A DNA stretch of 64,000 nucleotides from Octopus sinensis (lineage: Eukaryota): the NCBI RefSeq assembly GCF_006345805.1, contig NC_043000.1:63612001-63676000 (forward strand), written 5' to 3'. Each line of letters opens with the position of its first letter. Within the stretch, counting starts at the first letter, position 1. Shown here piece by piece: positions 13,240 through 24,867 of this stretch. A program made the translations under genes and the position numbers. The notes below the pieces were generated by a model. That model did not search any database, was not told where the DNA came from, and saw only the letters and a program-made list of their open reading frames with translations.

Positions 13240-13700
13240 ACCTTTTCCGAAGCACAAAATGAATTCAGGCCATTCCTCTCGAACAACACCTCATCAAAGA
13301 ATTTCTATGTGATAACCCAACCTGCTAAAAATAGTATCCAAATCTCCATTGATTCGCACCCTAATGTAATTTTGTATATACAGGCTAAAAATGCGTTGGA
13401 ACTCCACAGCTTTACACAAAATATATAAGACTCACTTCAACAACAGCCTCTTACAAGAACCATTCTAACTTCTGCCGACATTAGCAAAGCTTTTGACCCC
13501 ATTCTTCCCAAGCCACTTATGCACAAATGATAATGACAAATTTGCCTCGTGAACTACCTCTAAGGTAGTCAAAACACAACGACAATCTATAAATTCTTGC
13601 ATGTAATGTTACGGGAGCTTTCCTCTCTCTCTCTCTCTCTCACTCTCTTTAATCTGTACATACTTGACGTTCCCACACTCCTGAAAATACACGCAAGCAC
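13240..13700 (+). pseudogene. Highly degraded non-LTR reverse transcriptase remnant (Jockey/I-like)
   Basis: ADISKAFD at about 13474 and TLFNLYILDVP at about 13642. Confidence 0.45.
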
Positions 13701-16700
13701 ACAACACAAAATACATCACAAATACCTTTTCTCTCACACTTCATGATACAGCTGCACAATTTCTTACAACCTTACATTAATGACATATATATATATAAAA
13801 CATACTCAGAAGACAATTGTAAAGTATCACCACAAACTGCATATCAGAAGATGAACTATGGTCTTCACCTAGAGAGATGTATGGCAAATCCGGAGTTATG
13901 GAGCTGTGGACCTCATCTAATCATTTGGGCGACTACCTTCGTGCCACAGTTCTGTTCGGCTCTAGGGCTGCACACCAACAGCAACAACTGATTATAGCCA
14001 CAACATCTTAAAAAATAAACAAATAAGCATATACGGAAATAGATTAACGCCACTCTGTTTCAGACTGAAGGGGAAAATGTATCTTACAATCATTTTAAAA
14101 CTTGTAAATATTTGCGATATGAAAAAAATGGGGCATGAAAAGCGACGAGTTAAGATAATGACAATGTTATAAATGGAAATGTTTTAGAGTATGTATGCAT
14201 GTGAGAGAGTGTATATATGAGATGAGAGAAATAATTTCAAGAAAATGGAAATCAGAAAGTATATTAAATGGAAAATACTTAGTATTTAATATCACTAACA
14301 GCTTCAATTGTTTTACTTTAAGATTACTCTTATAAATCGACGAAGAAGAACGCGATAATCTAACTAAAAAAGAAAAGAAACATATTTCAAAAACGTTTTA
14401 AAATATTGTTTTTAAATTTATTATGTCTCTATTTTTACCTCTCTCATTTCAACAAAGTTTTTTAGGTTCACACGAGGTGTGATTCAGGTGCAGTACAGCA
14501 TTTTTGTGTATGTATTCGGAATTCAATTGATGCATGCTACATTCAATTTACAGTGAGAATGCGATTTGCTACACATAGTAATATGTATTATTTTATGGTT
14601 ATTGAAATCTTGTGCATGTTTTTTCTTCTATTTTTCTTCGTCACAAAGAGATCGAAGATCCCATAACATTGCGTTTAGTTCTATCTCGCCACCTTCTCAG
14701 TTCACTTAACCTTGGCGTCACCTTTATCTTTTTATTTCTCGGAGTCGGTAAAATAAGAATTATTAGCTATAACTTGATGCTACTGTTATGAGGATAAGTT
14801 AAAAGAGAGGCAGAGGCAGTAAAGCTTCGGAGTAAATGTATTTCATTCTTTGTTTCAGTTTTGTAGTTTCTATCACTGTAGTCGACTTAATCATTCATCC
14901 CTTTGTGTTTGCTAAAATTAAATATTACAATAAACATAATGCGGTTGTTTTAAGAAACTGTATCAATTTAAGAAGTTTGTTATTGTGTGGATGAAGTAGT
15001 AAAGCCGTGGGAACTGTAAAACTGTATATGAAATGGCTTACAGAGTGTAGTTCTATCTTTCCATATTCTGTGTTCAACCACCTCTGGTATCGAATTTGTC
15101 TTTTATTCTCCTGGAGTCGGTAAAACAAGTACGAGTTATGTATATTATCATTGTACGAAATCATTGCCAAGGAAACAGTTTTTACTGTATACTTAACATA
15201 TTATTGAATTTTCTGTCAGTTTTATGTATCTGAATAACTTGACGACTTAATTCTAAACAACATGCCTGTAACGGTAAATATGTTTAGCGACTGTAGATAT
15301 TCTAGCTCTTTAGTTTGAATCAGCAAAAAATGCAGCGGCATCTAGCATCGGAAGGTAGTAATTCTCTTTACACGGGTTCACCAATTGTAAGCGATGAAGT
15401 TTTATTTTTGTAGCGATACCTGTTATGGTGCAACGTTGGGGTCGCCAGTTTGTAACTGTTAGGTTTTAATTCGTGCAGTTACCAATTGTAACGGGAGATA
15501 TTGATTAGTAAACAATATTATGAAATGTCGGAGTCAGCAGTTGTAACGATAAAAAGTTGTTGTTATAATTGCATACTGTAGGATGTGAAAGATGAACAAT
15601 GCATGAAGTTTTAAGAAAGTATTTATTTACCGTTACGTTACAATACCTTCCCTCGACGGGCAGGTTAATGATAAATCCAAAAACATGCGAAGGAAAGTTT
15701 GTGTTTGTGTTCCTCTTCATTGTTTAGTAGTAATTGCGGAGAGAGTAGAAGGATGTTGTAAGAGAACAGAATTAAAGCTAGTGAAAGTTGTAGGGTTGTA
15801 GGACATTGTCTCACAGTTGCTGACAGTAAATTTCCTTTCTCTCGCTGACCATTATCTTTAGTAACTGCATTCCTTGTGATCATGATTCTAGCAGTCCGTT
15901 CCTTAATTGAGTCGTTACGAGCCGCCTCGTTCAGTTGTCGCCAAGTGACTACTTGGTTGAGTCGTCACCATGTGACTGGACTCGTTGAGTCGGCACTGAC
16001 TGATTTTTGCTAGGGGTGTTCTTTCTTTTATAACTATCCAGAAGGATAGATATATCATTGAGAACAATATATTTAGTTGGTGGTCTTGTTATCTCTATTC
16101 TAGCTTTTGGTGAAATAGAAGAGATTAGAAAGGGTCAAGAGGTGAAGACATTATTTCGGCCTAGCTAAAGGCATTTGGAAAATGTAAAACTGTTGTCAGA
16201 GAAAAACCATTGTTCCACCGTAGGAAAAGTTCTGTAGCAGTGTTAATTTAAATTTGGCTATGGTGGATCGAATCCACTTCATGCATGCAAGATCCACTAC
16301 ATGCCGATAGGAAGAAGAAATTTCTTATTATGAAATCCTTAATAAAGATATTTGGATTCTTAGCTTTTTTCCTTTCATAACTTTACTCAAACATTTTTAT
16401 AAGCGCTTGCTCCACGAGATGTTTGTTCTGATTTGGCAGCGTTGGCTTATAACCACTGGTGAGAATAACTGATAAATCGGTCGTTACTGTAGTTTCTATC
16501 CGTCTTAGCAAATACTGGTCACCCTGACAAAATAAAATTGTCTATTTTTATTCCCTGCACATCTTAGTATTTTCTATACGTTTAGAAAAACTTTTTTATC
16601 TTGTGGATAAAATTTCGTCTTCTATTACGCCTTAACTATCAAAGATACCAATCCAAATTTGACTTGGGAATTTACAACACTGAACAGTTGGCCTGGGACT

Positions 16701-16851
16701 ACTTAATTTTTCTAGCTATTCATGGCTATATCTTAACGATTTGGATGTAAACTTCATGTATTTATTTAGCTGCTCTTACACTTCACCATTTGTCTTTATC
16801 ATAAGTTCCTTTTGGAATATCAATCGCAACGTTGCATCTTTTATCCTTCAT

Positions 16852-17361
16852 TTTTATCTTTTACTTGTTTCAGTCATTATACTACGGCCATGCTGGAGTA
16901 CTGCCTTGAAGGATTTTAGTCGAACGAACTGACACCAGAACTTATTGTTTATAAGCCCAGTACTTATTCTATCGTTCTGTTTTTGCCGAATCGCAAACAC
17001 ACCAACATTGGTTGTCAAACGGTGGTGGAAGACAAACACAAACACAAAAATACACACACATAAATAAGCAAACACATCCGCACACTTACACACATACACA
17101 CATACACACATACACATACATGCACACTCATACACACACATATACACATGCACATACATGCACAAACACACACATATACACAGATATATGCATATACCTC
17201 GGGCTTCTTTCAGTTTTCGTCAACCAAATCCACTCACAAAGCTTTGGTCGGCCCGGTGCTATAGGAGAAGATACTTGTCCAAGGTGACACTCAGTGGGGC
17301 AGAATCCAGAACCATGTGGTTGTGAAGCGAACTTCCTATCACATAGCCACGCCTGTGCCTA
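16852..17361 (-). mobile_element. SINE family A, near full length
   Basis: Head ggcacaggcgtggctatgtg, ccttggacaagtatcttctcc core, internal (TG)n, gactgaaacaagtaaaag tail. Confidence 0.9.
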
Positions 17362-17659
17362 TATGTTCATTTGTTTATACAATAGCATACAGCAAAAACA
17401 AAAATATATGTTTGTTTGTTTCTTGTTTCTGTTTGTTATTTTCTGTCTATATAAACTATAGGATCTAGTTTTGCTTTGTATGAGGTAAGCCTTTAGAATC
17501 TGCATTAGTTATCAAGATTTTCTAACGTAGCATGCGCATTTTTATACGTTGCAAGTGGATTTTAAATTATCATTATTATCATCAACATTGTTATTATTGT
17601 TCTCAGCGCAACAATCATTTTCATTATTGCCATCTGCTTCTACTGTTTTCTCGGCGAAA

Positions 17660-18285
17660 TAAACAAATGGAATAATATGATGACGTGGCTAAGTTTGTTC
17701 ACTGGAGGTTCTGTGAGAAGTGCGATCTAGGGAGAACACAGAAATGATAAGAACATAAGCCAGAAGGCGTCACTGACAATAATGAATATAGGATCTTGTG
17801 GGATTTTACAATCCAGTGTGACTCTTTAGTAGATGCTCAAATGTCGGTCATTGTTGTAGTGGATAAAACGAAGAAGGAAACTAAGATTATAGATATTGCC
17901 ATACCTGGAAACGCACGCGTAATTGATTAGGAACTGGAAAAGGTGGAAAACAACAAGTTGCTAAAAGACGATATTACAAGAATGTGGGCAACGAAGAGAG
18001 TAACTGTCATCCCAGTAGTTGTAAGGGCACTGGGAACACTAACAGCCAAGTTTGAGAAGTATGTCGGAGAAATTGGAATTAAGAGTAGGGCATGCTCAGA
18101 AAATTGCTCTATTGAGGAGAGCGAGGATTTTGAGATTGGTACTTGGGTGTTAAGTATCTTCCACGATATTTAACATCAAGGTATCAAGTCTTATAATTCG
18201 TGGAAGGAGACCCTGAGAGACCCTGGAAGCCCTTTGACAACAGGTTGTCTGCTCTCACAGAATTAACCGGAACGAGATCTCGGGG
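17660..18285 (+). mobile_element. R4/Dong-type non-LTR retrotransposon 3' end (restriction-like endonuclease domain), pseudogenised
   Basis: VAKFVHWRFCEK...ILWDFTIQCD...IVVVDKTKKETKIIDIAIPG...ELEKVE...MWATKRVTVIPVVV; followed by (TAA)n. Confidence 0.9.

Positions 18286-18357
<72 letters not shown>
18286..18357 (+). repeat. (TAA)n(TGA)n tract between two R4/Dong fragments
   Basis: Read directly. Confidence 0.95.
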
Positions 18358-18359
18358 AG

Positions 18360-18680
18360 CATAGCATGAAAGAGTGGAAAACCAAATTGTACAAGGGGAA
18401 TCTTCCAAGGTGACTCGTTTTCTCCGTTACTTTTTGTAATTGCTCTAATACCCATAACAATGACACTTAGGAAAGTTAAGGTGGGTTACCGATGTGAGAA
18501 GGGCTCATCATTGAACCATTCTCTTTATGCATGACCTGAAATTGTTTGAGAAATCTGAAAAACAGATAGGTTCCTTAACCAAAACAGTTCAGAAGTGTGG
18601 CAGGGACATCGGTATGGAATTTGATTACCGCAATGAATATCTGGGCAGTTGCAGTGGTCAGATATAGTGCGTTCATCCTG
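18360..18680 (+). pseudogene. R4/Dong-type reverse transcriptase fragment
   Basis: RGIFQGDSFSPLLFVIALIP, decayed YxDD region, ...GRDIGMEF. Confidence 0.85.
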
Positions 18681-18914
18681 TAAATTTTCTTTACTTTTCC
18701 CCCCTTTATTTTATTTGTTTACTTTTTTATTTTTTCATTTTTTATTTTTTCTCTCTGTCTTCCCCTTTTTCTCTATTCCATGACTTCGTAAATGAACAAT
18801 CTGGTGTGTTTATTTTAATGGCCTACCCATGTATACAGTACGTTTCTCTGCCCTGGGTGTGAGGAAGACACTCAGCAAGAAATGGAAACGGAATTGAAAG
18901 AAGTTGCTAATGAA

Positions 18915-18946
<32 letters not shown>

Positions 18947-18959
18947 CAACAACAACAAC

Positions 18960-19001
<42 letters not shown>

Positions 19002-19643
19002 GATAATAATAATAATAATGGGTTTTAATTTAGGTACACTTAATTTTTGTTATTGTTGCTTTCATTCACTAAGGCTTCCTGCAGAAAACTTAAGAGAATA
19101 AAAGCAACAACAACAAAAACAAACCATAGAAGCTACTAGTCTCAAGGCGACTCAAAGCACAACTAGTGTGTCAGCAAATATAATCACCCTATCTTCATCA
19201 TCAGGAGTGAATCATTAAATCCAAGAATGCCTTCACGTTTGTACGTAGTATGTTTATATATACTGATATTATTGATATTTCCGTTCGATATATTTAAGCT
19301 CAATGTTCAAATGTTAGTGTTTTCCCTTTGTTCGTGGCCACTATTGAAGTGTGTTGCAATTAATACAGTAATATTTTATTTTTACATTTTTTCTGCGTAT
19401 GGAATACGTTATTTTGTACACTTTCAGTTTCTCTTTTCGCCTTCGTGTTTTGTGAACTAACACGAACGCAAAATAAACTTTGATCAAAAGTAAAGGCACA
19501 AACTTTATCATTATTATTTTTTCCCTTTTGTCAACCCATGTACTCTAAAAGTATTTTTGGGAAGGAAAATATGTTATTTCATCTTGTAATATCTTTTGCC
19601 TCGGAGACTAACTTGTAAACAACGTCTATTTCATCAGCAGTGA

Positions 19644-19687
<44 letters not shown>

Positions 19688-19688
<1 letters not shown>

Positions 19689-20066
19689 CGTTAGTACGCT
19701 GGACGGAATGCTTAGCGGTATTTCGTCTGCCGCTACATTTGTGAGTTCAAATTCCGCTGAGGTCGACTTTGCCTTTCATCCTTTCGGGGTCAATTAAATA
19801 AGTACCAGTTACATACTGGGGTCGATATAATCGACCTAATCCGTTTGTCTGTCCTTGTTTGTCCTCTCTGTGTTTAGCCCCTTGTGGGTGGTAAAGAAAT
19901 AGGTAGTTCGTCTGCCGTTACGTTCTGAGTTCAAATTCTGCCGAGGTCGACTTTGCTTTTCATCCTTTCAGAGCTGATAGATTAAGTACCAGTGAAACAC
20001 TGGGGTCGATGCAATCAACTACTCCCTTTCCCAAAAATTTCAGGCTCTGTGCTATAGTAGAAAGGA
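19688..20066 (+). mobile_element. Two tandem SINE family B copies
   Basis: gagttcaaatt...gaggtcgactttgc...ttcatccttt occurs twice (about 19742 and 19927). Confidence 0.9.
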
Positions 20067-20092
20067 TCATTATTATTATTATTATTATTATT

Positions 20093-20191
<99 letters not shown>

Positions 20192-20290
20192 ATTATCTTT
20201 ATTATTATCTTTACTATTATCATCAACATCATCATCGTCGTCGCCGTCGTCGTCGCTGCTGCTGCTGCTGTTGTTGTTGTTGTTTTATTA
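20067..20290. repeat. (ATT)n(GTT)n and mixed triplet microsatellite
   Basis: Read directly. Confidence 0.95.
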
Positions 20291-20779
20291 TTATTTCAGT
20301 TGGAAAGACTAACGCTGTTTCTGCTACTTATATCAAGAAGATCGATTTTATAGGAAATATGATTTTATGAAGTTGTTGAAATAGGATCATATTACCAAAA
20401 TGATGAAAGCTGAAAAGGTAACTTTAGTCAATGTCCATGTCACTGCGACATTGTAAAAAAAATGTGCTTCTTTACTCGCCCCCTCTCTCTGTGATGTTCT
20501 TCGACAGCAAGGCTTTCGATGAAATAGAAGTATCCAGAAATCTTTCAACATTCAGTTTTGAATATAATATGCCAGTATTCTTTTTTTTTTTTTTTGTTTT
20601 TGTTTTTCTTACTTTCTTTCTTACATTTTCTGTATAAAAACTTATATTTAAACAATTGATCGGTCGATAGTCGAGGCTGGTTGGTGGAAATATCTAACAC
20701 TATTAATGGTGAAAATAGGATTGTTCAGAGAAAAAGATTTAAATATTTTCCTTTAAATTAAACGCTGCATTGATGTTGG

Positions 20780-21170
20780 GTAATGACCGCAAGAATAGGA
20801 CAGCGATTACAAGCGGCCTAAATAGGATTCCTCCGAGGGATTTCTGGAGTAACGTTACTCGTCAGTGCATAACTGGGAGATCAAGGTGTCACTCACGATT
20901 TGAGCCGTTATTTCCCTGCGTTGAGAGGTCACAACTCTAGTGATTAAAATGTCGCTGGAAAGAATCGCAAGTCGAATTCTTCTAGCCAAACCAACTAGCA
21001 GGAGACTTGGGGTAGATTAGGAATGAGATGATTAGATAATATCCTTAGTCTCAGTTGGTCAGGCATGGGAATCCAGTCGGAAAGTCTAATGCCTGTTGCA
21101 TCTGATAGGTGAGGTACCTGCGGACTCCACCCAACAGCGGGCAGAGAACTGGATGGATGACAATTTTAGT
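20780..21170 (+). pseudogene. Degraded RTE-clade LINE C-terminal fragment
   Basis: RLQAA*IGFLRGISGVTLL...MSLERIASRILLAKPTSRR...GMR*LDNI, typical of the RTE post-RT region. Confidence 0.7.
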
Positions 21171-21710
21171 ATACTGAAGAACATTTAGCTGTTAAACGTG
21201 ATCAGGCTCGCGGTGAATTGAATGTTGGAGGATACACATGAAGTTTTATACAAAGATATGTAAAGTAATAGAAAAGTCCGTTTCCTCATCGAAAGGCGTT
21301 GTTAGTTTCTTCTTAAACGTATCGATCTGTTGAAAGACTGTATACAACATCAGTACAGAAAGATGTAATTAGCTTCGAAATGGAAACGTTTTTGCGTACG
21401 TCGGGGTTTATTATTGTTTGGTTTTTAATGGTTTGGTTAGAGGAGGAAGAGCAGCGCTCAGGGCCCTTTTTGTGGGAAGGTCAGCAGCTGTTATAAATAT
21501 TTTCTACATCATCTGTTAACTTGTTAAGCCAATGAGTTTACGTCTCTTGTACAAACACACACTCGCACGCAAACACACACACACACTATATATTATGTAT
21601 TTTACGAATAATCAGCAGAAGTTACAGAGTGAATCAAGGACCGTGAGTTTCGTCCGTGGCACTTATCATTTCGTAACTTCCCTCAATTGTTATTATTATT
21701 ATTATTATTA

Positions 21711-21755
<45 letters not shown>

Positions 21756-21944
21756 TAATAATAATATATTGACATAGATATATGTACAAATATAAATATA
21801 TATATATACATTCACACCTACACATACACGCATGACACGTCAAGGTCACCACCCCTCTTCCACACGCACATAATACTCTCTTATACACACGCACGCGCAC
21901 CTTCGCTTGGGAATCACCACTACTTTATTATCTCCCCTATCTCT

Positions 21945-22165
21945 CCTGTGTGACCCTTCTGTCTGGCATTCGCCATGATAGATCGCTAGCCAGTACACAT
22001 TCTTTATTTTCTCCCCTTGTTTCTTTTGGTGTTCCTTTCTGTAGAAGAGCGTAGGCTCGAAACATTAGAGACTTTTCCACATCCCGAACGTTAAACTAAT
22101 ACATCTGTTTGTTGTCTACACCACCTTTCTTCATCTTTTGTGAATTCTCTCCTTATATATATATA
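21945..22165 (+). mobile_element. PLE-type terminal repeat with hammerhead motif (22035-22070)
   Basis: cttt CTGTAGA a gagc gtag gctc GAAACATT agag; homologous to 51538-51735(-); ends in (TA)n. Confidence 0.65.
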
Positions 22166-22170
22166 TATAT

Positions 22171-22296
22171 ACGACAGGCTTCTTTCAGTTTCCGTCTACC
22201 AAATCCCCTCACAAGGCTTTCGTCGACCTGAGGCTATAGCAGAACGCACGCAGTGGGACTGAACCGGGAACCATGTGGTTTGGAAGCAAGCTTCTT
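22171..22296 (-). mobile_element. SINE family A, body part (split by insertions)
   Basis: Ends at tggaagcaagcttctt; the SINE resumes at 24651-24686. Confidence 0.9.
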
Positions 22297-22789
22297 TATT
22301 TCATTACATTTGCCATAAAGGCAGTACATAGAGTAAAGTAGCTTTGCGGGCTGGACAAGGACATTAATGAAATTAATGATAATGAAAGAAAGATGATAAG
22401 GATGGGAGAAGACAAAAAGCGCCCGCCGACTTCTGCTTCTCTAAAACATTGTTCTTTAAAACCAAACACAAAACGAGGTATTAAACCTCTTACAACTTTT
22501 ACAACTTTTCAATTTTTGGACTTAACAGTCCATTACAAACAACAATATAGTTCAACAATTACATATAATAAATATAAATACAATACACAAAGCCCCTCCT
22601 CCCAGACCTGGCTTACACTTCCCTTAGGCAATGCGCCAGCTCTAGGTCGGGGCCCCTCAAGGCGTATCTAAACATGTCCTTTGAGAAGGTGTTCATTACT
22701 CTGACCATAGCGACATCCGATATGATCTTCATAGTCACCTGCGAAAGCCACTTCTCGTCCCCTGTCCAGGGCATGGGCTTCTCCCTCCG
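22297..22789 (-). mobile_element. 5'-truncated non-LTR insert (493 bp) between target duplications
   Basis: Bounded by ggaagcaagcttctt copies at 22282 and 22790; short coding-like end EKPMPWTGDEKWLSQVTMK...LREV*, T-rich 3' UTR, aataa end. Confidence 0.7.
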
Positions 22790-22804
22790 GGAAGCAAGCT
22801 TCTT

Positions 22805-24650
22805 TATTTTATCAAATTAGCCATGGACACCTTACACTTACATAAAAATCAACATGTCAACCAAACATAAAAAATACATTATCACTTTTCCCTTCCTCCT
22901 CTTTCCGGACCACCAGTCAAATATCTAGCCACCTGCAGAGCAAACCACGTTGTCAGCCGGGAGTTCAGAAAGAATGCGAAGTGCCTATTATCAAATGTTT
23001 GTGTCACACAGTGCCACAATTTATAGCTCACCCTCAAAATAACTTGTGCCTGCATCCTCTACCATCCTCCACGCCTCTTTCAAAACCGAATCGAGTTCCG
23101 TGTCAGCGTTGCCCGGGTACAAGCGATATTCCTCATTGAGCCCCTTCAGCCCAAACGTCACGTCAAACATTATGTCACCGACTGCCGGCAATGTCCCGTT
23201 TCTCTTCCTCTTCCTCTTTTTTCCCTTCAACTGAGGGAGGGTGCGTCTCCTCCGTGGCCGGAAGATTCGCCTTCCCCTCCTCATCCCTAGGATCCTTCGG
23301 TGAGCACACATTGTTGCTCACCTTCTTCCTCTTTCGGCCCCTGTTTGAGGAGTCCTCCTCTTCCTCGGCCGCCTTCATTCCCTCTTCTACAGTGGTCTCA
23401 CTCAACTGCTCCGGGACCTTATTTTGTTCCCGGGGACAGTTTTTCTTTATATGGCCGGACTCCAGGCACCGATGACACCTGGGGGGATGACTCTCAAGTA
23501 TCACCGGCTACCTGCACCCGGCCATTTTCAAAAAATCTGGAAAAACCAGATTGGCTGATTGGGTCCAAAGGGTCAAAACCCAATCAACCGCAGGAAGAAC
23601 TTTCACATAAAGAAGCTTGGTCCCGCTGCCACCCAGACCCCGGTGGATAGTCTCCTCTATCCACTCGGGTTTTATCCCGGGTGGCAATCCGCAGACCCAA
23701 GCTTTCGTCAACCTCCTTCCATAATACGTAGGAAGGAACAAAATTTCCTCACCCTCCAAGGGTTGACTAGCAAATTTGCGAGCCTCTTCATGGGTATCAA
23801 ATAGCAACCACACCGTTGCATATCTGACACCCCTGGAAATGAATTTAATTGTTGGCAAATACTCTGCCAACTCCTTTTCAATTGCCGTCTTTTCGAATAG
23901 GGCAATGGTGTTGAGTGACTTGGAGTAGGTTCTCAACACCACTGTCCTATCTTCGCGGTCTTTCAACCACTTTTTGGGCGGTATAATCTCCCACTCCAAA
24001 ACTTTGTCTTTTTTCATTGCCATGTTTTTTTTTTTCTTTTTTGAAAATATATTCAAAATAAAACTTAAAAAGCGAGAAGAAAAAAGAAATCAAAAGAAAG
24101 TCACAATAAACAAAAAGGAGAAAGTCAAATAAAGTTTAGAAGAAAGTCAATAGTTCAGGAACACAGCAAAAAAATCTTCCGGCCATTCGGTACTCCCGGC
24201 CTAAGTTGAACCCGGAACGCCACAACTGGAACACAACTTCCACAAAAATTGATATACAAATTGTTCAATCTTCGGAGGCAAAGACACTCCCCAAACAGCA
24301 GTTCTCACAATTATTAACGTTCTTCAAAAGGCACAATACAAGCAATAATTCTCATAATTAAGTCAGAAAAATATTCACTCAACATAAACTGAAGACGAAT
24401 ACGCCCCCAAACAAAAATTCTCACAATTCAGCGAGAAAAATTATTTGCCCCATGTAGGCAGAACCAGAATTCTGAATCCAGTAGGACTTCCTGCCTGTAC
24501 AAAAACAATTCTCAACAAAAATTCCCACTGGACCCAAAAAACAGAATCTTACCTTACAATGGAGCTTCAAAATTTTTCAATTCGAGACGGCTTCAAGAGC
24601 ATGTCTCACCTCTTTGGTGCCGAACACCACAATCATTCGCACATGCCCAG
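22805..24650 (-). mobile_element. ORF1-only (HAL1-like) L1/Tx1-type non-LTR element, 1846 bp
   Basis: TSD-bounded; ~630 bp 5' UTR, a single gag-like ORF, ~215 bp 3' UTR; no endonuclease or RT motifs seen. Confidence 0.7.
23021..24023 (-). pseudogene. ORF1/gag-like protein (RRM-like N-terminus, CCHC zinc knuckle, acidic/basic tail); one in-frame stop and one frameshift
   Basis: MAMKKDKVLEW...GCR*PVILESHPPRCHRCLESGHIKKNCP (TAG at 23508-23510 is in frame); frame change near 23200. Confidence 0.8.
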
Positions 24651-24686
24651 TGGAAGCAAGCTTCTTACCACACATCCATTCCTGTA
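24651..24686 (-). mobile_element. SINE family A 5' head (continuation of 22171-22296)
   Basis: tggaagcaagcttcttaccacacatccattcctgt matches the intact copies (e.g. 32752-32790). Confidence 0.85.
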
Positions 24687-24717
24687 TATCTTTATACATA
24701 CGTACATATGTATATAA

Positions 24718-24762
<45 letters not shown>

Positions 24763-24780
24763 ATATATATGCAGAGATAA

Positions 24781-24782
<2 letters not shown>

Positions 24783-24866
<84 letters not shown>
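24783..24866. repeat. (GATA)n microsatellite
   Basis: Read directly; other GATA tracts at about 41991-42066, 52540-52659, 52876-52973 and 57676-57811. Confidence 0.95.

Positions 24867-24867
<1 letters not shown>

Noticed and set aside
20009-20353. Poly-V/T/L ORFs and the many YI/CV/HT/YLSI ORFs across the window
   Set aside because: Translations of microsatellites, not genes.
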